A program made the translations under genes and the position numbers. From Phoronis australis (lineage: Eukaryota > Animalia > Phoronida): 64,000 nt of DNA. The first letter of the stretch is position 1. Every line of letters starts with the position of its first letter. The DNA lies in assembly GCA_002633005.1 (NCBI GenBank), contig NMRA01000177.1, positions 186,001 through 250,000 on the forward strand, written 5' to 3'. Under the pieces are notes generated by a model that was given only the letters and a program-made list of their open reading frames with translations, searched no databases and was not told where the DNA came from. Below, one piece after another: positions 12,037 to 22,713 of this stretch.

Positions 12037-13586
12037 ATGGACGGACGTTACAGCGAAAGCAGCGACAGCGAAAGCAGCGACAGCGAATTTGAAGATATTG
12101 TAGAAAGTGAAGAATTTAACGAAATATGCGGCGACATCCAAGATTTAGATGATGGAGAGTGTTCTTTTGGACGCATAGCGCCTTACATGTATGAACCGGA
12201 GGAATCGGATTCAGAAAGTGGAGAACAAGAGCAGCAAAACCGGCCGACAGTCACGGAACCCACTTTGAACCGTCTAAGAGGTGATGTTCGTTGTTGGTGA
12301 GTAAAATTTAGGAACCATATTGGTTCCTAGGTAAAATATTTAAGAATAATCAATCAAAAAAATTGTTATAACGATATTTCTTGTGGTGGATAAGTGTGGA
12401 AATTACGGAGCAAATTTCCGGTAAATTTCCAAGTGATTTAGAGTGTTGTTTCCTTCGGATTTCTTTCTTAGCTTCATAATTTCGATGAAACAAAACTTTA
12501 TCTTTATGGGCATGCGCCGCGACATCGCAGCAAAACTGTGTCCGACTCGGAAATCACCCGTTGTTATCTTGCCACGAGAATAGTATGGATTGCAGATTCT
12601 AACACAGCAGTGCTGGTCAACTGGTCAATTAACATTTTGAACTGTCTGTGATCGACACAACAATTAAGCACCCCATACCGACTGGAAGGTCTAAGCGACC
12701 AAAATATCAAATAAAAACTACATACAAAACCAACACAACGAATATGTAATCTAAAAGACACGGCAGAATTCATCATTTCTTTAACTACCGTTTTTCATTT
12801 AAGGCGTTATACGATACCTAGAAAATTGGAAAAAATTAGAGAAAGATCATAACGTAGAAATGTTCTTATGTCTAGGTGCACATGCAGTAACTGTGAACCA
12901 ATGGACACAGAGAGGGAATGCATTTGCTGCCGGGAAATTCCCCAAACTAGCGATCAACTTAAAGGCACTGAAGCAGAATGTATCACAGACCACGAGGGTT
13001 TCAGGACAGTATGCTTGGACCGATGGGTACTGGACACAGCCTTCTGGGGTTACCGCCAACAATATGGTCAACTTCCACACACCACCCAGCATGAGTAAGA
13101 GTACAGCTAAATTCAGTTTTAGTAACTTAGTAGACTGTCGTGAACAGGGCGTTGGGACCCGTGTTGGCGCATTTCATTTTAATTGACACTGTTCTTTTTT
13201 GTTAGATCATTTACAAATAATCAAGTTCTCAGGGGCGTGATCATTCCCGAGAGTATCACATAAGCCATGGCAGGTTAAAGCGCAAAATGGGCTTAACGAA
13301 CCACTTACCAGTAATATCCTTATTATGTAGGTCACTTGTTATGTCCCTTTATTAAAAAAGTCTCTCTAAACTCATTATCATAAAATTCTTCTTACCTCCA
13401 GTAAATACAAATTTCTCTAATTTCAGGAAATATCGATACATAGCCTACCGCCAGCTCGTCAGATGGTGCTGGCATTTCCTTGGACAAAAGAACAGGGTTG
13501 TCCTTCCGGCCTGTTCGGTCAAGAAAATACGAGCAACATTCAACAGTCAGACTTACAAAGGATTTCAATTACCGGACATGAACTAG
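12037..13586 (+). CDS. KolX / P2X7 cytoplasmic-ballast-like (nanor-like) Cys-rich protein, 212 aa, intact
   Basis: Exons 12037-12296, 12876-13094 and 13427-13586 (639 nt, phase-consistent). Acidic N-terminus with IAPYMYEPE, then WCTCSNCEPMDTERECICCRE...CITDHEGFRTVCLDRWVL...KYRYIAYRQLVRWCWHFLGQKNRVVLPACSVKKIRATF..QTYKGF, matching the P2X7 C-terminal WCxCxxC/CC/RxxAYR/LPSC/YSGF pattern. Confidence 0.9.
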
Positions 13587-15844
13587 CAGTAGAATTAGCT
13601 TATATTGACATTTTAAAAGACAAAATAAAACGTTCTTCAACCTTCACCATTTTTTATTTGTTTCCTTAATCAAGGCTTTTTAAGAACTGTCCCTGCTCTT
13701 AAATACATTTGTTTCTTTACTAGCGGCATACTGATCAGTTTAGCTATGAAATTAAATGAATCCCTATACTGGCGTAAGTTCCATTATATCACTCAAATGA
13801 AAGGCTAGAGATTCGCCAGTAAGCTTGCGTCTATGCATTGACAAAATGACCAGTTTGTTAAAAAAACATAACTTTCAAAAGGAATGCTTACTTGCAAAAC
13901 ATGCCTCAAGGTTACTGAACTTATTCTTACGTTCTTTTTCATTGACTATAGCAATCCATTTCAAATACCACCATTTCATGACCATACTATTAAACATCAA
14001 TAAATTGGGTTACATCCTTAGCAACATTCTTAATCAGCAAATATCCATGACAGACACCAGTGTCATTTGTTCACCGCTCGTAACACTAATCTTGAATAGT
14101 TTACATGTCTTATACAGTGTCTAATGAACAGAAACTAGTCTTCACAACAATCCAATCATATATACAACACTTGCATCAGGGGGGCCTTGCAATCTCTACT
14201 GGTAACGGGACATGAATGCATCAAGTGCGGCCCTCTTATCAACAGGACCGAACTGGCTAGACAACGTTGGAGGTTTGGCACGCAACGGTTCTCTCTCATT
14301 TGCAGGACGGCTTAGATTTTGGACTAGCTCCTGTGTTAGTTACGCTGCATAATCTGAAAATGACAACAAAAATCAAGCGGGACAGGAGAAAAAAAATTAA
14401 GTACGACTGTTTTTGCCGGAAACCTGGGACACATTTTATCCAGCACGAAAGATGACAGGAAAGTGATTGTGAATATGACTCGTGTTTTTTTCAATAAAAC
14501 TTTTTGGAACAACTGAAAATTTTTCAGTATATTGCCCTTTAGAAAAAGCATGTTAGTATGGGTTTACCAGCTGTTCATTCTACGCCTCAAGAATGGTCTC
14601 ATGCCACAGTAGTCAGTGCTTCCTAGACAAAAAATCAGACTTGTTTGATTTAACATGCTGCTTCTTAGTAGTGTCCAAGTACACCATTTATTTAATCAAG
14701 ATTAGCTGTTCTTCTTAGGCTCTCACATTCACGATTCATAAAGTTATGTTCTACACTTACTGAAAGTCGCACTGGTACGACTTTTGGAAACTGTACAGTG
14801 ACCGTGTCTGTACTTTTTAAAACGATAGTCATAGCAGAGCTGTCCATCCGTAGTAGTAGCCTGGTTACGGTTAGAGTTTTCATTGTGATGCATTGCAGCC
14901 AGCAGAATTCTGAAAGAGCACAATGAAATGCATCGGATCACATTACTTTGAATGAAGAACTTTACAATGCAACTTTTACCTCATTAGAACTTCCATAAAG
15001 ACCTTAACTTTGTTGTCACCAGGCAAAGTTTGCAAACGTTACGTAATATTTGGACAAGACAGTTTTTTTGTTACATGCTCCCCCACACTGCAAACTGCAA
15101 CAATGTACAACATAATCCTGTGCCCACTGCTAACAACCACATACATGCTGGCTGTACTAGATATTTAATTGTAGACCATGATGAAAAATCAATACACAAT
15201 TGCTCCACAACTTTGTTGCTGGTGAAAACATGTCTGTTATCCTACAAAAGCCGAAATTATACCTGCTTTCCATGCCATGGAAGTCAAAACTGAACATTTT
15301 TGGGGCGAAGTGGTTCACCAAACTATGATAACCCTCCACAGACGAAGTCTGTCCTCCAGGGGCTAATTTGGGCACATCCTTAGTCATCTGCCTTCCCTCC
15401 ACAATATTACAAAATTCTTCATAAGCTTCCGACCCTGTAACAAGGAAGAATACATAACTGTATCACAATGTAACTTTTTGAACAGACCAGCGTGCATTTT
15501 TTCACAATGCTAAACTATCCATCCCTAAGTAAAAACGTATCTTGTCATTTTGCAAAGATTCTAAACTAAATCAAATATTTTCAGCAAAATTTACTATCCT
15601 CCATAAGCTGATCCGTTTTCATTCGAGACAATCTAGGTCATAATCCTGAGCAACACCCAATCACCAGAGATGACAGTAAAATCTGAATTCATTTTGATCA
15701 TTCTAATTTGGCTGCATATATTCAAAGGAAAAACATCCTAATTCCCAAAACATAACCCAAGGTCAAAAAATTGTCAACCAAGTTTTCATGAATACCTTGA
15801 AAGCCCATCTTGAAATATAACACCTTTAGATTTGGTTCGTACAA

Positions 15845-16122
15845 TATGTTAAGAGTATATAGCTCTCAGCCAACTTGTGCTATAAATTGGCAAATGTAAC
15901 GAATTGTTAGGCATACAGGCTTGCTTTTGTCTACGTCACCGTGAGAATCACCTTTTAATTGAAACAGCAGCGAATAACACCCGCACGCAATTGGCATTCT
16001 ATCCAGACCCCTATTCAGTACAATTGTTATCGGCCTTTTGTTGTTTGAGTAGGGATCTAACAGTGATGCAACATGACACCATAATGCAGCTTCACTTATC
16101 ATTTGACAAGCTTACATTTGTG
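15845..16122. repeat. Dispersed host repeat nested in transposase intron 7
   Basis: Clearly alignable in inverted orientation to about 48195-48455 (shared GCTTGCTTTTGTCTACGTCACC, CAGACCCCTATTCA, GCAGCTTCACTTATCATTTGA). Confidence 0.8.
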
Positions 16123-17218
16123 TGATTGAACTCCCATTTTCTTATTTTACTAAGGCTTTGCTAGGACTATCTTGTTAGTCCAATACATCTAAAATAACAA
16201 AATTCTGTTGAAGTTAGGCTTTAACTTCAATTTCAAAATGTTGTTAAAAAATTTACACGTTCCTCTAGAGATTCCCACAATTTCATTGTTTAGCTTTTAA
16301 ATGCAAGTACGTACCAGGTTGAAACCAAGGTTTGCGATTGACATATTCATTGATTGACGGATGCAGACACCGGTCAAAATGCTGGCCATGGCCATCGTGA
16401 AGATTTGCCACATGGCGTGCAATACTTCTCCACTTTGCCAGACAAACATCTGCATTCCCCTCGCTAGACATGGTTGACCAGTACAGATGGTTTCCAACAC
16501 TTCTAGTCCACCTCCCTATCAAAGCAAACGCAGCCTTCTTAGCAAGGGCATTCAGTTTCTTGACAAGACCTAAAAAGAAAAGGTCATCTGATTAAATACA
16601 GACATCAGACAAACTATTCTTGACTGAACCAATGAACCACAATCACGTATCAAAGTAAAATTAACCTTCCTTTTCACTGCATTTCAATACGTGTTATGAA
16701 TAAATATAAAGACACCCCAATTAAGTTACAATACTGCTAAATGAAACATTCCAGTATACTTTGCAATAATATGCACTTCCCCTACAAGATTACCTTTGGC
16801 AACATGCCAGATGTCAAAGTAGTGACGAACAGTTGGCCAGTTTTCTGTTATCCACTTGGTAACCTGAACGTGCCGATCAGTGACAAGTGAGTGGACAGTC
16901 GCACCGCGGGCATCAAGCGTAGTCTTCACTCGTTTAAGGCCCTCTAATTCCATATTGAATGAGGTACGTACTTCATTGGACTGGAAAGATATGGGTAGCC
17001 TATTTGTACTATACAAAAGAAATAATCCTCTGCAGAACATGAATTTTAGGCAGGACTGAGAAGGAATTTTTCATAATTGGAAGTGACCAAATTGATTCAT
17101 TAAAATGCCAAAAGTGAGTGTTGAGTCTATTGATAAGTTCATTTTAAGATTTTCTGTGTTGTTTATTCACATCAATTCACATGCCAGTCTTTTTGAAGTT
17201 CAGTCACGAGAGGACTAA

Positions 17219-17764
17219 CATATTCACCCTAATAAGCGCCCACACACACAATACGCAGCCGAACTTCTAAAAAAAATATCATGTGACAACATGTGTGTTT
17301 GTCCCGAGATTTTTCTCATGTTGCGCAGTACGATCTAGCGCAGATTTGGACTTAATATGCTGTTAATCCCGACTCCACAGGAGCTTAAAAATCTTCGGGA
17401 CGCTATTTTGAAAAGTTAGGACTTCAGGTAATTTGTTGAATCAAAACTATATTTTTACTCAAGAGTTCAAGTTGACCCATCGGCGATCGCGAGGCAGCGA
17501 CGCATCAGTTGGCTAGTTTTCGCACTGGGATTTTCTGAAAAATGCTTGTAATTTAACAGAAGTTTGATAGCAATGCACTGCAATTTTGTAGAAACTCTGT
17601 CATAGGTTACAGATGAGTCACAGAGCCTTAATTTGATGAAATCTAGCTTACGATTTTACTCGTTTCGTAGACTAGGTTTCAGCCGCTTTTGGGCTATAAT
17701 AAGCGCCCCCTTCCTGAAACAAACTTTTCTGAGCGCCTTTTGCGCTTATTAAGGCAAAATTGTA
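17219..17764. mobile_element. MITE-like insert in transposase intron 5
   Basis: Inverted terminal motifs CCCTAATAAGCGCC ... GCGCTTATTAAGG with repeated AATAAGCGCC; boundaries approximate. Confidence 0.45.
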
Positions 17765-20700
17765 CTAGATTTCATACTTACCTGGACTAACTGGACGTCA
17801 ACAACTTTGTTACGAGATACATCTATCACTGTGTAGCTTCCGAATTTGGCCGAGTGACCCATGGAATCGCACCTGGCATCCCCAGCCAGGTCAATTGGTG
17901 TATCTTGCACTGAAGCGAAGTATTCGTCCTGCTGCTGTCGGAACATCTTCCGAATCACTTGGTGAAGATAGTTTCTCTGGTGATTAAAATAGGTGGCACT
18001 ACTGTAAACCTGAACCCCCATAAATTTCAGCAACCTCAGGGACTTGGTTGGCAGGTTTCCGGAAAAGAGGTAACAGCTGACAACAATATATTTCCCGCAT
18101 ACGTTTCACCAATGAGCGGCTGGCTGGCCCAGTGGCTTGTTCCACCACACAACTCGCAATATTGTGAGATGCACACCATCGTGCCCACAACATGGCTGAC
18201 GATTCCTTGGGCACCATCACTTCTGCACATCATACATATGGTGAATAACTTAAGAAGACAGGATTCAAATATTATAAACTTGCGTTCCTGGGATGGTGAT
18301 TTACTGAAAGCAAAAAAATGGCAACGTATAAATGTCAATTTCAACGAAATCTGCTTAGATGGATTTTGTCTACTCAAGACATTTTAAGTTTATTACAGTA
18401 ACAATGTCATTTTCATATTGTACTGTGAATTACCACAACAGTTGAGGAAATTACATCAGATACTCGAGGGTACACAGAAAAGTATTCTGCAAATTTAAAT
18501 AAGACAATTACAACATGTTGCAAAAACAATTTGTAGAAAATGGCAATATTTTTGGCAATTCATGCTAATTTGGGGACACTGGTATATTATTTCTGGTAAA
18601 TCAAATATTGGTGATAGCATGCACCAAAAGATGTATGGATCACTGTTTGATTATAATAGTATATACCTGGGATGAACGGTCTCCTCATCAGACATCTCAT
18701 CATCACTAGACTCTTCCTCAGGTTCATAGTCTGGGTCCATTGGGTTGTCCGCATCTATGTCCTCGTCTTTCTCAGGGTCATCTTCAGGTTCAGGACAAAA
18801 GGAGATGGATTGCTCTTCCTCATCTCTGTCGTCGTCCAACATTTTCACATGCCAAGGAGTTTGACATCCAACAGATTTTGTTACAACTCCATACTGCAAG
18901 CCTTAAATGCAAACAATGTAAAATATCCAATTCCGTCAAGCAACTGAGAAGATTCCGAATTTTTTCTTCGAAAATTTAAAGGTAAATGCAACCATTGGTT
19001 GGAGTTATACTTAATGAAAATGAAAAACATGGAAATGTTAGAGTGACATCTCTCATTCCCTTGTCCCAGGCAACAACAAAAAAGTGATGAACAGTACAAC
19101 ACAAGTTCAGCATGTAGCAGAAAATCAGATTATGTTTCTTTTTAAATACAGTAACATGGAAAATTTGCTTTTCAAATAAAATTCTGAAACTGCTAAATTT
19201 CTGCTCCGTGTATTTGCTGGTTTTTAAACTAATGATTACTTATCTTTATAAAAATCACAAACACAAGTTAACTGAAATTTATATCAACAATGGCTTACCA
19301 ACTGTTTTGGTCTTGAGCTTGACTTGTATCCCTTTTACATACTTCCTTGTCACTGGAATTTGTGTTGAAATGCCTGGAGTCTCCACAGGCAATGTTGGCC
19401 CAGCCTCTGAGGATGTTGTCGTTGACTCCACACTCAAATGAGGTTCCAGTACAGCCTCGCTGGAAGCCTCAAAATCACTTGGACAACCAAATTCTTTATC
19501 AGCTTCTTTCAGAAGCTGAAAATGAAAAAGTGTTCATCATTGTCAGCAACAGTCAGATAGGAAGATGAGATTGGGCTACTGACACTGCTAGACCCTTGAG
19601 TTGGGTCTCTAGCTCCTCAGCTTAATAATTTCATCTATATACCAATAAAGCAATAAAGCATAACAATGGTTACAGGTGAACAGTGGAATGGGTCCACCCG
19701 AGCAAGTCTGAAACATGTAGCAGACCGTAAAAGACAGCAGTTCAATATTGCTGGATACTATGCCCAGCAAGTTGTAGAGACTCAGCAAGTCGCCTATGCA
19801 TTGGACATGGTTTATACAGTATGAAAGTATAAGTCCTTCCCAAGGTCTGAAATAACTTATAACAGAGAATGGAGCAACTAGATAACTATGTTTACAACTG
19901 TGTCTACAATAAAAAGTTACGTGAGAGCAGATGACGGCTTAATGGCACCTAATTAGTCTCATGTCGGTAAATAGCACTTCTATTTTCAGTAGCTCATTAA
20001 TATTAAAAGATCAATCACATCGAAAAAACCCGAGTTAAAGAAACCTGAGTCAGCAATGTTGTCAAAGTTTTATCATTTCGCACTTACTGCAAGTCTATGC
20101 CTCTTGAGTGCAGCTGAGCTTTCAGCTCTCGTACGTTTTGGCACATTGTGAAGGGACTGCCGGATTGACGGTACAGAATCCTGTTTGAGTCTCACAATTC
20201 TGAAAAGAACACAGCTACTTAATTTCAGCATTGGTGTGCCCTATGCAGGCCACAACTAGTAGACCACATATGCTGTCACGGTGCAGGTTTCGTCTAGGAC
20301 ATCGAATGGTAGGGTTTTACTCGTAGCAGTAGTTTTTCAAGTTCAAAATATGCAATTTACAAGGCACAATTTTGTATGCATGTTTGTAATCCTGTCTTGT
20401 GACTCTGTGAACACTAGATCTGTCAGCCACTAAACAGCCGTCAGCCAGTAAAGGTACAGTTAGCCACGATAACAGCAGTTACCAGTAAGCCACAAAGTAC
20501 AAGTGGTACTGACTGACGTAAGTTCTAATTTGAAGTACAATTTCTCTTAACTTGGGCAAGAGCTGCCACTCAGTTCAGTCTAACCTAACGCTAGGCCTAT
20601 ACGTGATCGCATGTCCGCCATCTTGAATATTTCGAGGGACAAGAAATAAACAAAGTTTAAGAAGGACGAAACATCTCATCAAAAGACATTTGAAATCAAA

Positions 20701-21551
20701 TAAGAATCTCAGAAATAACCCCAGATGCGCATAAACGTGCGTAAGTATACAATTGTTAACGATGACTAGAAACCAAAACGATTACAATCGCTTTTTAGAC
20801 CATTCCATTTTCATTCACGGTGTTCACGACGCAATGATGATTACGCCGTATTCCAGAGCGGTTAACACACAAACAATCATACAACCTAGGTTAAAAAACT
20901 ACAAAAATGATTTCACCTATCTATCTTTTAGTGGAACTTACTTTGGCTTGAAGTTAGGGAAATACTTCAATTTAACCGAGTCCGTGTCGTCGTAGCATGA
21001 TGGATGAAAATGCTGGCTGCACACCTTCGAGTGCTTTGAGTGTCCAGCCCAGTCTTTTCGTGTTGTCGACACAAATTTGTCCCAAGCACAGCTCAGACTG
21101 GGGTCACTGGGGAATCCGTGCAGATGAACTCCTTCACTGCTGGAATTGCTGCAGCCGAAAACCACACAGCGATTTCTGAGGCGGGACATTCTCTCAGCGT
21201 TCACAGCTTACACACCGGCTATCAGCTGTTCACGTTGTGTTTGTTTACACGCTATTTCTCAAAGATGACGTCATATAGACCAGTCTACTGTGATTCGTCG
21301 AGAGATCAAAAGGGGTTTCCGATGGGGGCACATAATATGGGGTGCATGAAATGCGTAGTAATTAATTAGTGCTGGAGTGGAATAAAATGAAACAAACATT
21401 TCTTAGACAAAAGTACATATATTTAACATGTCTAAAGGGTAATTGACTCATTTTTGGGGGACTTTAACTTGTTTGGGTCTCCGGTTTTCAAAGTATTTTC
21501 ACTCAAAAGTTATCGCCAGCTCCCGGCTATAGCTATCAGAGGATAACTTAC

Positions 21552-21655
21552 CCACGAGGGCCACCAAAACAACTTATATTAAAGTAGGTGGCTCAACTAG
21601 CAGCCAACTTGTACTTTCGTTTTCCGTTTCACTTTCAGTGTCTGGCGTGCGTTCA
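21552..21655 (-). other. Putative non-coding first exon of the SERINC gene
   Basis: Strong donor TGG|GTAAGT at 21552/21551 in a CpG-richer region divergent from TTI2. Other candidate 5'UTR exons are 9346-9300 and about 8930-8882. The TSS is not determinable. Confidence 0.45.
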
Positions 21656-21783
21656 GTAGACGCTAGGACCTAGCTAAAACCTAATCAAAGTCACGTGTTC
21701 TCATTTAAAATGCACGGCAATATCTCACTTAATCTCGCGAAGTCTTGCTTTTTAGCGAGGTCCTAGCGTAACTGAACGGGAGG

Positions 21784-22713
21784 TAGGCAATGACCATCGC
21801 CTCTGTTGGCCCGAACCAGAGGCGATGCAGAGGCTATAGGCGCTCTGTACGCCGGAAGCTTTTCGGCGAATTATGCCTCGCACCGACTAAACCATCAAAG
21901 TCATGCTGTTATAAATACCTTTTGCGCATAGAGGAACACCTTAGGAGGTTGTCGATGTGTTTAATTCCTTCCAACTCGAACAAATACTCCCGTTATGAAA
22001 CTTTTTCTTCGAGCAGTCCCTATTTCAGTTCCCAAAATCGTGAAATCAAACTTTTCATTTTTTTTAACCAGGCCGAAGGTCAGAAGTTGCGATCCTACCG
22101 GCGAACTTTGAAAGCTGAAGTTCCCGCCGTTTGCGTACGTGCTGCCGGGAACCAGTCGTGCATTTGCCGTGTTGTTAAACATTAAAATGTCAAATATGTG
22201 CACAAAGACTATTAAATGTCATATCAACAACATTTATTTTTATCAAATACAAACAATAATTCATTGAAATACAAACAGTTTCAAGTAACGCCAATTAAAG
22301 ACAAGTATAAGAGGTGGCATTTTGGAAACGAACATTTGACTGACAAGACCGCAATGGCTCACCTTTGGCCTATTTAAAAATTGAGGTGATGAAGTCACAT
22401 CACCTAGCGAGCGCGGTAAAAATTGGAGCGTGCGCAGTACAAAAATTTTGATTTCACTATTTTGGGAACTGAAATAGGGACTGCTCGAAGAAAAAGTTTG
22501 ATAACGGGAGTATTTGTTCGATTTGGAAGGAATTAAACACATCGACAACCTCCTAAGGTGTTCCTCTATGCGCAAAAGGTATTTATAACAACGTGACTTT
22601 GATGGTTTAGTCGGTGCGAGGCATAATTCGCCGAAAAGCTTCCGGCGTACAGAGCGCCTATAGCCTCTGCATCGCCTCTGGTTCGGGCCGTCAGAGGCGA
22701 TGGTCATTGCCTA
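21784..22713. mobile_element. Fold-back non-autonomous DNA transposon, Mutator/MULE-like, 930 bp
   Basis: Perfect 9-bp TSD AACGGGAGG (21775-21783 and 22714-22722). About 270-bp near-identical TIRs starting TAGGCAATGACCATCGCCTCTG. No transposase. Confidence 0.9.

Larger units (their letters stand above)
14196..21189 (-). pseudogene. Kolobok transposase (THAP + DDE), about 751 aa if repaired; carries one frameshift and one nonsense codon
   Basis: Exons 21189-20942, 20199-20088, 19515-19299, 18901-18667, 18303-17782, 16980-16794, 16569-16315, 15434-15263, 14909-14761, 14353-14196. THAP motifs: RCVVFGCSN..LHGFP..W.KFV..VCSQHF..LKQDSVPSI. Catalytic-region motifs: LAGDARCDSMGHSAKFGSYT, LVTDRH, FDIWH, QTSSVEGYHS. 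There is a 1-nt deletion near 18070 and a TAA at 14342-14340. Confidence 0.9.
11245..21463. mobile_element. Kolobok-superfamily DNA transposon, full length (10.2 kb)
   Basis: TTAA TSD at 11241-11244 and 21464-21467. Termini 5'-AG...CT-3'. TIR AGTCCCCCAAAAATGAG(C/T)CAA..CCTTTAGACATGTTA(C/A)ATATATGTA, extending imperfectly to about 205 bp. Encodes a THAP+DDE transposase (minus) and a convergent KolX (plus), the known two-gene Kolobok layout. Confidence 0.92.

Noticed and set aside
12037-13586. A true P2X7 receptor gene
   Set aside because: No transmembrane helices or ATP-binding ectodomain exons; only the ballast-like domain is present, and it lies inside transposon TIRs.
11245-21463. Kolobok variant with long terminal direct repeats, or a piggyBac element (also TTAA)
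   Set aside because: I saw only inverted, not direct, terminal repeats. Termini are AG...CT rather than CC...GG, and the transposase motifs are not piggyBac-like.
21790-22707. Two near-identical ORFs (131 and 148 aa) on opposite strands
   Set aside because: They are mirror translations of the TIRs of the fold-back element, with no recognisable domain.
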